The notes beneath the pieces were generated by a model that was not told the DNA's origin, ran no database searches, and worked only from the letters and a program-made list of their open reading frames with translations. From Candidatus Roizmanbacteria bacterium (GTDB taxonomy: Bacteria > Patescibacteriota > Microgenomatia > UBA1406 > HO2-37-13b), in contig JAYPGZ010000005.1 in the NCBI GenBank assembly GCA_038127095.1, positions 1 through 59,878 of the forward strand: a stretch of 59,878 bases of DNA. The letters run 5' to 3'. This document shows, one piece after another, positions 50,627-58,431 of this stretch. The position numbers and the translations under genes are program-made. Position 1 is the stretch's first letter; each line of letters begins with the position of its first letter.

Positions 50627-52776
50627 TTTCTCCCATACTTCTCCTTACTCGTCGTAATAATCTTCTCTCGATTATCGTTCTTTAAATGGGGAAGGGGAAG
50701 GGTGAACGCCGGGAATGGCTGGGAAGTCATATTATCGACCGATAACTTCATGACTGTTTCAAATTTACCCAGCGACACTAAATCGGATTCAGTGTACAGC
50801 TCTCCGAACTCTTTAGAAAGGAAATAGGCATCGCGCGCGCCTAGAACGAATGACATAAGCGTGCCTACGTTTCCAAAAATTGCTCGTTGAATTTCAAGTT
50901 CCAATTGTTCGGTATATTGATTAGCTAAGGTAAGCGAGAGGCGATATTTTCGAGCTTCCGAGAGGATTTTTATGAAGGAATTTGTGGCAAAATTTTGAAA
51001 CTCATCAACGTACAAGAAAAAATCTCGTCGATTTTCTTCTTTGCTAAACGATCGTCCCATGGCTGCAAGCTGAATTTGGGTAATAATCATTGCACCCAAA
51101 AGCGACGCGTTATCTTCTCCAAGTTTACCCTGTGACAGGTTAAGAATCAGGATTTTGCCTTCATCCATAATTTCTGCTAAATTAATCGAAGATTTTGGTG
51201 AGCCGATAATATTTCGAATCATGGCGCTTGTTACAAATTGTCCAACTTTATTTTGAATCGGCGAAACGGCTTCTGCCCGCAATTTATCACCCATTTTGGC
51301 AAATTCAGCTTCCCAGAAGTTTTTTAAGACCGGATCGTTAATTTGGGGTACTACTTTGGCCCGATATGCGTCATCGGAAAGAATACGGAGTGCATCGACG
51401 AGTGTGGCATTAGGAATTTCAAGAAGCGTTAGAATAACGTTTCGCAGTATGTATTCTAGTCGTGGACCCCAGCTTTTTCCGTATAATTTTGAAAAAATAG
51501 ACACGATTCCTGAAGCTACTAAGTGTTTTTGTTCCGGATTGTGAATTTCAAGAACGTTCAATTTAAAGGGTCGCTCGCTATCAAATGGCTCTAAATACAC
51601 AACATCGTTTATGCGTCGTTTTGGAATGTAGTCGAGAATAATTTCTGATAAATCTCCATGCGGATCAATAATACCGATCCCGCGATCGCGGCGAATATCA
51701 TCAATAGCCATATTAGCAATAAGCGTCGATTTTCCCGCACCTGTTTTTCCGATAATATACATGTGTTTACGGCGATCGGCGGTTTTTATACCAAAAATCT
51801 GATCTTTATTCTTAAATTCGGTTTTTGCGAAGAAATTAACGTCTTTTTTCTGTTCTTCATCCATTTCTTCTGAAATGGGTAGGTTGTCAGGGGGTTCACC
51901 AGAAAGTGCTTTGCCCCATGCAATGTTTTTAACGCCTCCCAATAAAATTCCCGGTGGATGCCACAGACTTGCCAGTTCCTGTGCGTTAAGGATTTGCTCT
52001 TGATGCTCGAGCATGTAGGTAGTGCGCTTAACCATGCGCTCAAGAAGCTGTTTTTTTAGAAATTTGCGTTTTTTAAAGCTAAATTGGTTGCCATCACCCA
52101 AAGAAAATGTGCCAAACGTGCCTGCTAAATTGTGTAAATAGCTCATTGCGCCTTCGGTGGTAGAATCGGCAGTTAGGAGTCGAATTACCGCTTTTCCTCC
52201 TGAAAAAGCAGTTTTTTTAGAAATAATCATTTTTTGTGGATTCATGCCGTATTTATCGGCACCCTTGTCGTAGCTCATTTTTTGCGCAAATGCAGCAGCC
52301 GACTTTCCCCATGCAAATGAAGCGGGTGTAATAAGGATCTGAATAGCAGCTTTTTGTTGAGGAGTTGAACGTGCTAGAAAGCCTAGTATAGATGATAGGG
52401 GATCGACATCTTTAAAGTCGTAATAGGTTTTTATGGGTAAATAGTATGACGAAGAAAGGGTAACTTCTCCAAGTGCGGTATGAGGAGAGCTTGTTAAGTA
52501 TGTTAGTGGATCTTTGGTTTTAATAATTTTTGAATTGGTAAATGATGAAGTAATAAGACTTTTTACGAATGTTTCGCTTTTTTCACTCGTTGTAGCGTAC
52601 ATATAAATGGTTTGGGCAAGTAAATATATTTCACAGGCGTAATACTTTGGTTGAATGTATAACCGTTTGAGTGGGGGAAGGTAGGAAGGTAGTAAAGACG
52701 CAAAAATCTGACTTGCCGCTTCAATAGGCGTTTCGTCGTCTTTTGGGTTGCGAACTTGCAAATGAACAAGGGACAT
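50617..52776 (-). CDS. FtsK/HerA/VirD4(TraG)-superfamily P-loop ATPase
   Basis: Walker A IIGKTGAGKST and Walker B-like FFLYVDEFQNF. 719 aa with no N-terminal TM segment. Confidence 0.6.
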   Translation of the reverse strand: MSLVHLQVRNPKDDETPIEAASQIFASLLPSYLPPLKRLYIQPKYYACEIYLLAQTIYMYATTSEKSETFVKSLITSSFTNSKIIKTKDPLTYLTSSPHTALGEVTLSSSYYLPIKTYYDFKDVDPLSSILGFLARSTPQQKAAIQILITPASFAWGKSAAAFAQKMSYDKGADKYGMNPQKMIISKKTAFSGGKAVIRLLTADSTTEGAMSYLHNLAGTFGTFSLGDGNQFSFKKRKFLKKQLLERMVKRTTYMLEHQEQILNAQELASLWHPPGILLGGVKNIAWGKALSGEPPDNLPISEEMDEEQKKDVNFFAKTEFKNKDQIFGIKTADRRKHMYIIGKTGAGKSTLIANMAIDDIRRDRGIGIIDPHGDLSEIILDYIPKRRINDVVYLEPFDSERPFKLNVLEIHNPEQKHLVASGIVSIFSKLYGKSWGPRLEYILRNVILTLLEIPNATLVDALRILSDDAYRAKVVPQINDPVLKNFWEAEFAKMGDKLRAEAVSPIQNKVGQFVTSAMIRNIIGSPKSSINLAEIMDEGKILILNLSQGKLGEDNASLLGAMIITQIQLAAMGRSFSKEENRRDFFLYVDEFQNFATNSFIKILSEARKYRLSLTLANQYTEQLELEIQRAIFGNVGTLMSFVLGARDAYFLSKEFGELYTESDLVSLGKFETVMKLSVDNMTSQPFPAFTLPLPHLKNDNREKIITTSKEKYGRKSS

Positions 52777-52817
52777 GTATTGATTATATATCAGAGTGAA
52801 TGGGAGATGGAGAGATT

Positions 52818-52845
52818 GTCATCCTGAGCGGGAGCGAAGGATCTC
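52818..52845 (+). repeat. REP-like element
   Basis: gtcatcctgagcgggagcgaaggatctc. Confidence 0.7.
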
Positions 52846-53063
52846 TGCCATTGAACTCAAGCCCATAGCATAGTATAATGACCGCAGTTTTTTTATGGTT
52901 TGAAAAAACGAACGCCGCGCATTTGCTGTTCGGATAGTTTGTTCTTTCAAGCACTTTACCAATGAGGGTAGATTATTATTTGTTTCATTTTTGGAAACAG
53001 TTCAGGCTTTTTTGGGCACAAAAACAACACGGAATTCGTTCCGTTTAACCGTCAACATCCGCC

Positions 53064-53101
53064 GATAAGCTTTCGAGCTTATCTAGAGTCCTTAGGAGGA
53101 C
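53064..53101 (+). promoter_or_regulatory. UUCG-tetraloop hairpin plus conserved TAGAGTCCTTAGGAGGAC (SD) motif, copy 1
   Basis: GATAAGCT-TTCG-AGCTTATC is followed immediately by the conserved tract. The ATG is at 53105. Confidence 0.5.
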
Positions 53102-53104
53102 GTG

Positions 53105-53233
53105 ATGCTTGTGGGGAGATTGAGTTCTGCCGACGTATTGTTGCTAGTAATGGCAACCAATACCTTGTTGATCTGGACATGTCTAGCCGAATTGCTTCGT
53201 CGCAACCTGGTTGCGCAAAGGAGTCGGAGATGA
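53105..53233 (+). CDS. High-GC island 2: 42-aa hydrophobic peptide (not in the track)
   Basis: Hand-translated MLVGRLSSADVLLLVMATNTLLIWTCLAELLRRNLVAQRSRR. Strong SD, and the stop overlaps the next ATG as ATGA. Confidence 0.4.
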   Translation: MLVGRLSSADVLLLVMATNTLLIWTCLAELLRRNLVAQRSRR

Positions 53234-53382
53234 TTGTCCCGAGGATTTTTGGAAGTCTTGCGATTCTGATTGGCTTGTTCAATCTGCCACCGGCGATTGT
53301 TCATGGCAACAGGATCGAAGTAGTGGCAAGCATCTTCTTGATGATCTTCGGATCGTTTATCGTAGCGATCTTCAAGAAGTAG
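53230..53382 (+). CDS. High-GC island 2: 50-aa two-TM membrane protein
   Basis: MIVPRIFGSLAILIGLFNLPPAIVHGNRIEVVASIFLMIFGSFIVAIFKK, with GGAG upstream. Confidence 0.5.
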   Translation: MIVPRIFGSLAILIGLFNLPPAIVHGNRIEVVASIFLMIFGSFIVAIFKK

Positions 53383-53402
53383 TTCTTCATCCACCATCCG
53401 CA

Positions 53403-53437
53403 GTAGACATTCGTGTCTACTAGAGTCCTTGGAGGAC
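53403..53437 (+). promoter_or_regulatory. UUCG-tetraloop hairpin plus conserved TAGAGTCCTTGGAGGAC (SD) motif, copy 2
   Basis: GTAGACA-TTCG-TGTCTAC, then the same tract as copy 1. The GTG is at 53441. Confidence 0.5.
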
Positions 53438-53440
53438 CAA

Positions 53441-53665
53441 GTGAAAATCGTCCTGATGATCGTCGAGTGGATCGTTTGGTTCCTCTTCTTCGTGGAGTGG
53501 CTGATCCTCATGGAGAAGCTTGGGGTGGCTGGGAAATCGACGGCAATGCATTTGGCCGTGGCATGGTTATTTGCCACGATCATGATGCTGCGGCACATCT
53601 TTAAGAAAGCTCCCGGAGTTATAGACAGGGTGTTAGCCCGTCTTGTACGGAAAAAGGAGGACTGA
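53441..53665 (+). CDS. High-GC island 2: 74-aa two-TM membrane protein
   Basis: VKIVLMIVEWIVWFLFFVEWLILMEKLG..HLAVAWLFATIMMLRHIF. GGAGG lies 5 nt upstream of the GTG. Confidence 0.5.
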   Translation: MKIVLMIVEWIVWFLFFVEWLILMEKLGVAGKSTAMHLAVAWLFATIMMLRHIFKKAPGVIDRVLARLVRKKED

Positions 53666-53729
53666 GTCACTCATCTTTTTTTACCTGCCGCCGAACTCCC
53701 CCTGGAGTTCTAACAGAAAGAAGATCGCC

Positions 53730-54083
53730 GTGCTTCGAGGACTAGTCGTAAACTTGACGCTTATTCTGAGTGTCGTCGCTATGTGGTTGGTCTTTGATCA
53801 GCCCAACGTGGCGTTCGCACAGAACCCGACCCCAGCCGTTTCGTCAAGCCGTACCTTCATCGGTCCGGCTCCGTCCAGCTTGGACACCAAAGAACCTGTC
53901 GGCAACTCGTCGATGCCTGCGACTGAGCAGCGTGCAAAAGTGACCCCATGGTCATTCGTCTGGCGATTCGCCACAACAGGGATCTTGCTAGGAGTGCCGA
54001 TTCTTCTCGCTATACTCCTTAGCCGGAGCTATACAAAGCCGAAGCGGCGCAAGCGAGGAGAGTCACGGAGGTTCAAGGGCTAG
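53730..54083 (+). CDS. High-GC island 2: secreted protein with a signal peptide and a C-terminal TM segment plus Arg/Lys tail
   Basis: GTG 53730. LRGLVVNLTLILSVVAMWLVFDQPNVAFAQ ... ATTGILLGVPILLAILLSRSYTKPKRRKRGE. Confidence 0.5.
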   Translation: MLRGLVVNLTLILSVVAMWLVFDQPNVAFAQNPTPAVSSSRTFIGPAPSSLDTKEPVGNSSMPATEQRAKVTPWSFVWRFATTGILLGVPILLAILLSRSYTKPKRRKRGESRRFKG

Positions 54084-54090
54084 GCTGGGG

Positions 54091-54160
54091 GGGGCGGGTG
54101 ACCGTTTCGTAGTTGCACAGCTTTGTGCATACGGTCATTCGCCCCTTCGCGTTCTTTTTT
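54091..54160 (+). terminator. Long GC-rich hairpin (15-bp outer stem plus inner TGCACA/TGTGCA stem) followed by a T6 tract
   Basis: 54091-54105 pairs with 54131-54145, including two G-U pairs. TTTTTT at 54155-54160 lies 9 nt after the stem. Confidence 0.55.
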
Positions 54161-54214
54161 CCAAAAACCAATAACAAACAGTTTCTACCCTCATAATTTC
54201 TTCTGAGAATATTT

Positions 54215-54241
54215 GAGATCTCTCACTGCGTTCGAGATGAC
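54215..54241 (-). repeat. REP-like element
   Basis: gagatctctcactgcgttcgagatgac. Confidence 0.65.
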
Positions 54242-54253
54242 ATGGGCAGTGGT

Positions 54254-54289
54254 TCAGAATGACCCTTCGACACTCTGTTCACTCAGGGC
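54254..54289 (-). repeat. Composite or partial REP-like elements
   Basis: tcagaatgacccttcgacactctgttcactcagggc. Confidence 0.45.
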
Positions 54290-54386
54290 TAGGAGTAAGA
54301 ATGTGCTTTTCCAACAATCTAAATATTCATTTATGGGACTTCTAGTCCGTTGACGTAGAAATATTCTGTTGTATTATGTAATCGAA

Positions 54387-54569
54387 ATGTCGCCAGTTGC
54401 AAAAAATGTTCTTTCAGATCTCTTTATTAATATCGCTGCTGGATGGTGTGGAGTTATATTTATTAGTCCTTTCTTCGGTTCTGATTATCTTTTGTTGCTA
54501 TCTAGAATAGTTTTTGCTATGGTATTCCTATGTGGTGGATACTCTTTAAGGAAGGGGGCGATTCGATGA
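54387..54569 (+). CDS. Small two-TM membrane protein
   Basis: Track ORF 54369..54569, with the first ATG at 54387 (MSPVAKNVLSDLFINIAAGWCGVIFI...). Confidence 0.4.
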   Translation: MSPVAKNVLSDLFINIAAGWCGVIFISPFFGSDYLLLLSRIVFAMVFLCGGYSLRKGAIR

Positions 54570-54691
54570 ACTCCTTTGATTTTAATCAAGCAGCTAATAA
54601 TGCTCAATTACAAATGGTTCTTGCGGTGATTGCTTTTACACTCGTTTATTGGGTATTTGACCGAAGAGGCGATAAAAAGACGAATAAGTGA
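54566..54691 (+). CDS. 41-aa single-TM peptide (not in the track)
   Basis: ATGA overlap with the previous ORF. MNSFDFNQAANNAQLQMVLAVIAFTLVYWVFDRRGDKKTNK. Confidence 0.35.
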   Translation: MNSFDFNQAANNAQLQMVLAVIAFTLVYWVFDRRGDKKTNK

Positions 54692-54696
54692 GTTAG

Positions 54697-55293
54697 TTAC
54701 GCACTTTTTCGAAGTTTCAATCCAAAGTATCCAGCTACTGCGCTTAAAGCAGTCATGCCTAATCCAAATTCAGGACCTGCATTAGGAATAGTTTCTGGTG
54801 GAGCCATAACTTTTCGAATACACAAACCTGCGGTGTCTTGAGCACTTGCTTTATCATTTGATACATGAGCGGTGTTTGTTACACACGTCATAGCTTGGTT
54901 AGGTGTATTTTGTTGCACACGAGCCTGGATAATATATTCTTTTTCTTCTTGGGGCTGTAATGTTCCCACATTAATGTGAGTAGTATAAACGTCAACATAC
55001 TGTGGAGCGTAGTCTTTTAAGACAACATTGTCCAAATTAGTACTTGATGTATTTTTTACTTTGACCTTAAAGAAAATGTATCCACCTGGTACAAAAGCAT
55101 AGTCGTTTGAACCCAAGTTATCGACGTAGGTATAAACGGTTTTACCGTCTTTAAGTTCTGGGAAAGCGACCTGTTTGTCTATAGCAATAGAATAGGACTG
55201 TTGGGGAACACTATACGAATCAGCCAATACAGCTCCAGCTCCATTAACTAATAGAGTTGTTGCGATTGCCATGGAAATAAATGTTTTTTTCAT
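54697..55293 (-). CDS. Secreted beta-sandwich (DUF11-like) protein with a C-terminal sorting-signal-like tail
   Basis: Signal peptide MKKTFISMAIATTLLVNGAGAVLA. C-terminus PETIPNAGPEFGLGMTALSAVAGYFGLKLRKSA. Confidence 0.6.
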   Translation of the reverse strand: MKKTFISMAIATTLLVNGAGAVLADSYSVPQQSYSIAIDKQVAFPELKDGKTVYTYVDNLGSNDYAFVPGGYIFFKVKVKNTSSTNLDNVVLKDYAPQYVDVYTTHINVGTLQPQEEKEYIIQARVQQNTPNQAMTCVTNTAHVSNDKASAQDTAGLCIRKVMAPPETIPNAGPEFGLGMTALSAVAGYFGLKLRKSA

Positions 55294-55355
55294 ACAGCAG
55301 GTATTATACTATAAGATTAAAGACTTGTCAACTATAGGATTAGAATGGGGTTTGG

Positions 55356-55733
55356 TTACTTGCAAAGCTCTTTTTTTATTTTCTCTTGATCGGTCTTAGG
55401 AAGCTTGCTGAAATTTTCAAGAACCGGATTTATTCCGGTGGAATATACGAAGTCGGTTGCCTTAGATGTGGCTTGTTCCTTTTTTTCCTGTACAAAGCCT
55501 GAGACCTTTTTAGTTGTGTTTGTTTTGAATACATTGAACGTGTTTCCAACATTTTTAACCTCGCGTGCAATGGATTCGCCAAGCACTGCAGGCTTACTTT
55601 TAGATGGGGTGTTTTTTGCTGGGGGGTTATTATTGCTCATGAAAATTCCTGCAATTATAAGAAGAATAACAAACCCAATTTTTGCAATAGCCGAACCAGA
55701 TACGCTTCGTTTGTCTTCCACGGGTTTTAGCAT
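55356..55733 (-). CDS. Hypothetical membrane-anchored protein
   Basis: ATG 55733. The track's 37-aa extension is antisense to tRNA-Thr. Confidence 0.5.
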   Translation of the reverse strand: MLKPVEDKRSVSGSAIAKIGFVILLIIAGIFMSNNNPPAKNTPSKSKPAVLGESIAREVKNVGNTFNVFKTNTTKKVSGFVQEKKEQATSKATDFVYSTGINPVLENFSKLPKTDQEKIKKELCK

Positions 55734-55769
55734 AACTTTATTGTATAATACATTTCGATAATAAATATA

Positions 55770-55841
55770 GCCGACGTGGCTTAGTGGTAAAGCATCTTCT
55801 TGGTAAGAAGAAGAGCATGGGTTCGATTCCCATCGTCGGCT
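55770..55841 (+). tRNA. tRNA-Thr(GGU), CCA not encoded
   Basis: Acceptor GCCGACG/CGTCGGC, D arm GCTT-AGTGGTA-AAGC, anticodon arm TCTTC-TTGGTAA-GAAGA, T arm ATGGG-TTCGATT-CCCAT. Confidence 0.9.
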
Positions 55842-55849
55842 CATTCATT

Positions 55850-56566
55850 GTGGACTACACTCACATATCCGAACATAGGCGGCATCAGCAAAATGTAATA
55901 CGTGCAATTGAAAAACAGATTGCCGCTAGCGCATTGCGCGTGAGCACCGTAACTCCTGTTTCAGATTACGAACATGATTCTCGATTATGCTTAACCGGTG
56001 TTCACATTCCCCATGAGAGTTTTAAAAAAAACGTTCTAGAAAAACTTATTTTACCTTTGCAACAAATAGAGCCTAATTACTATTTTTACTATAAGGATGC
56101 AATGCATATTACGGTTAAGAATGTTCGAGTTATTAATGATCCTCCTCATTTCACACCGCACGATATAACGAAAGCAAAAAAAATTTTTGCAGATACAATT
56201 CCAAAACATGCGGAATTTAACGTGTATTTTTACCGCTTATTGTTGTTTCCAAATAATCTAGCCTTAGTTGGAACAACCGATCCAGAGCTTGACGCGCTTG
56301 TTCATGATCTCGATTCTGCATTGGAAAAGGAAGGAATTCCCGATGATAAAGTGTATGCTAATACTCAGTATTTTTTTTGCAATATAACGCTTGCTCGATT
56401 TAATACACCGCCATCGGATGCTTTTAAACAGAAAGTAAGGGAATTGTCGTCACGCACGCGATTTGATGACTACACGATAGATTCGGTAGCACTTGTGCAG
56501 TGTAATGCGGCGTTCAAGAATCCTATTATGGAAGGAGTATGGCGTTTACAAAGAAACAACTCCTAG
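55850..56566 (+). CDS. 2H-phosphoesterase (LigT-like) superfamily candidate with a degenerate second motif
   Basis: MHITVKN (H-x-T) and CNITLARF (N in place of H). Start uncertain: GTG 55850 is the first start codon after the tRNA. Confidence 0.35.
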   Translation: MDYTHISEHRRHQQNVIRAIEKQIAASALRVSTVTPVSDYEHDSRLCLTGVHIPHESFKKNVLEKLILPLQQIEPNYYFYYKDAMHITVKNVRVINDPPHFTPHDITKAKKIFADTIPKHAEFNVYFYRLLLFPNNLALVGTTDPELDALVHDLDSALEKEGIPDDKVYANTQYFFCNITLARFNTPPSDAFKQKVRELSSRTRFDDYTIDSVALVQCNAAFKNPIMEGVWRLQRNNS

Positions 56567-57241
56567 TTCAAGAGGGTTTTTGAAGGAAAGCGGCGTTATT
56601 TCAGGAACAGAGGCCGATTCTGTATCTGCTGTGCCCGCAACATAAAAGAAGATACGGTCTTTAACAGTGGGGAGCTTTTGACTTGTTGTGCTTTGAGTAA
56701 GGGTAGTATCGAGCGTTTTGCGAGCAATAAGTGAAATTCGCACATAATCACTATTTGCTTTATCTAATTGGGCATTGATAGCGGTGATAATTGTTGCTGA
56801 CTGCACCTGATTTAAGCCTAATTTCCCGGTAATAAACACCATGAATCCTTCTACTTCATTTGTACGTAAAACAAATGCGGGAGCGGTACTTTGAGCTTTT
56901 GTAATGGTATCACGGGTTTTGGTAACATCGTATTCATATGTAATCGGAGCTGTTTGTGTGGTTGAATTAAACAAAAACGCTTGCGCATTGGTTGTTGCAC
57001 CCAATACAGCCATATCTGAATTATTGGGTGACGTATACTCTGCAGCAGGCGGTATATCTTTCACAATCATGGACTGCAATTGTTCGATAGAAGGAGTAAA
57101 TGATTGAGATGTAAACAATATTACTATAATCGCGCTAAGCAATAAGAAAAAAGATACAGCAAAAATTGCAAATAGCTTTGTTTTTGCTACTCCACGCAAG
57201 CTAGAAATGACTGATGAATTCATAGGCCAATTGTATATCAC
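56546..57241 (-). CDS. Hypothetical membrane-anchored protein
   Basis: 231-aa ORF with a TM segment near the N-terminus (LFAIFAVSFFLLLSAIIVILF). Confidence 0.5.
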   Translation of the reverse strand: MIYNWPMNSSVISSLRGVAKTKLFAIFAVSFFLLLSAIIVILFTSQSFTPSIEQLQSMIVKDIPPAAEYTSPNNSDMAVLGATTNAQAFLFNSTTQTAPITYEYDVTKTRDTITKAQSTAPAFVLRTNEVEGFMVFITGKLGLNQVQSATIITAINAQLDKANSDYVRISLIARKTLDTTLTQSTTSQKLPTVKDRIFFYVAGTADTESASVPEITPLSFKNPLELGVVSL

Positions 57242-57250
57242 TATATCATT

Positions 57251-57883
57251 TTAGTCAATTTTGTTGAAAGATTGTCGAAAGTATGAATATAAACGGGGGA
57301 TTTCTAGGATTACAAGAATGGAAAGTGCTAAGGCATAGATCTGAGGAATTAATGAAGATAGATCCTCGAAATGCTCGCCTAACAGAAGTGCATGTGCCAT
57401 GATTGAAATGCTTGCTACATACACGCTTCGATGAAGCCATTTCCACCTGCGATAGCCCATTTTGCGCATTATCGAATCAAACGATGTTACAGCCAGCAAG
57501 GATAAAATAAAAAAAGCAATTGAACCAAACCTCATGGGAAACAAGACTGGTTCAGGAAGTGATAGAAAACGGGAAATTCCACCAATATTAATGAAAATGA
57601 CGATATAGGCATGTAAACTGGCAAAAATATACGCACTTATTCCAAGTCCGCGGCGCGATTTTACTAATGTGCCAGCGAAGGGGATTGTGCGAAATGTGTG
57701 CAGAAGTGGGCTAATCAGTAGCGTGCAATATAAATATGCTGTTGCTACCAGGGCGTAAATTTGCACAAGTCGCGACATATGTTCGTCGGCCGGCACCACA
57801 TTTAATACTAGTACATATATGGCGAGTGCAAGCACGAGTGCCGACAATATTATATAAAAGCGGATATTTTTTACTAAGTTCAT
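57251..57883 (-). CDS. Polytopic membrane protein, ferric-reductase-like / MsrQ (YedZ)-like
   Basis: Six hydrophobic segments with conserved His positions (SLHAY.., WLHRSVYVASISIMAHALLLG). Confidence 0.45.
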   Translation of the reverse strand: MNLVKNIRFYIILSALVLALAIYVLVLNVVPADEHMSRLVQIYALVATAYLYCTLLISPLLHTFRTIPFAGTLVKSRRGLGISAYIFASLHAYIVIFINIGGISRFLSLPEPVLFPMRFGSIAFFILSLLAVTSFDSIMRKMGYRRWKWLHRSVYVASISIMAHALLLGEHFEDLSSLIPQIYALALSILVILEIPRLYSYFRQSFNKID

Positions 57884-58431
57884 ATTAATGTATTATAAAC
57901 ATGAAATCCTACAATAGCAGCTGAAACAATAACATTTAACGAAGTATTGACTCCGTGCATAGGAAGTTCTACCACTGCATCAGAAGCTAAGAGTGCTTCT
58001 TGTGAAACTCCATGCGTTTCATTTCCCACAATCAGAGCAAGTGGAAAGGAGTATTCATATTTTGTATAGGGAACTGAATTGTGTGCTTGTTCAATTGAAA
58101 CTACTTTCAGCGTGCTTTTTTCTCCGGTATCAGGGGTCAGAGTTGTTCGTAGCTGCTCAATAGCTTCCACGGCCGTGCTGCGATATTCCCATGGAACAAT
58201 TTTATATGTGCCCACCGACGCTTTTGCAATTTTGTGATTTGGGGGAATTTCACTTTGACCACAAATATATATTTTTTCGACTGCAAGTGCATCGGCAAGG
58301 CGGAAAATGCCTCCGATATTGTACGTATCCCATACGTCATCAAGAATGAAGTAAAGCGGATAACGTTTGATAGGCTCAACCGATTCATTTGGATCAAGCT
58401 TGCGGAGTTGATCGGCATTAAACTTTATCAT
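57880..58431 (-). CDS. SpoU/TrmH-family RNA 2'-O-methyltransferase
   Basis: NIGGIFRLADALAVEKIYI, LIVGNETHGVS and LPMHGVNTSLNVIVSAAIV. Confidence 0.8.
   Translation of the reverse strand: MIKFNADQLRKLDPNESVEPIKRYPLYFILDDVWDTYNIGGIFRLADALAVEKIYICGQSEIPPNHKIAKASVGTYKIVPWEYRSTAVEAIEQLRTTLTPDTGEKSTLKVVSIEQAHNSVPYTKYEYSFPLALIVGNETHGVSQEALLASDAVVELPMHGVNTSLNVIVSAAIVGFHVYNTLI

Noticed and set aside
29524-52776. Prophage or integrative conjugative element, suggested by the excisionase-like HTH and the VirD4/HerA-like ATPase.
   Set aside because: The window contains no integrase, relaxase, capsid, tail or T4SS structural genes, and the two genes are 21 kb apart amid housekeeping genes.
53092-53670. 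192-aa minus-strand ORF spanning island 2.
   Set aside because: It has no SD and no hydrophobic or domain logic, and it lies antisense to four plus-strand ORFs that each have GGAGG sites and TM helices. It is probably a GC artefact, though this was not proven.
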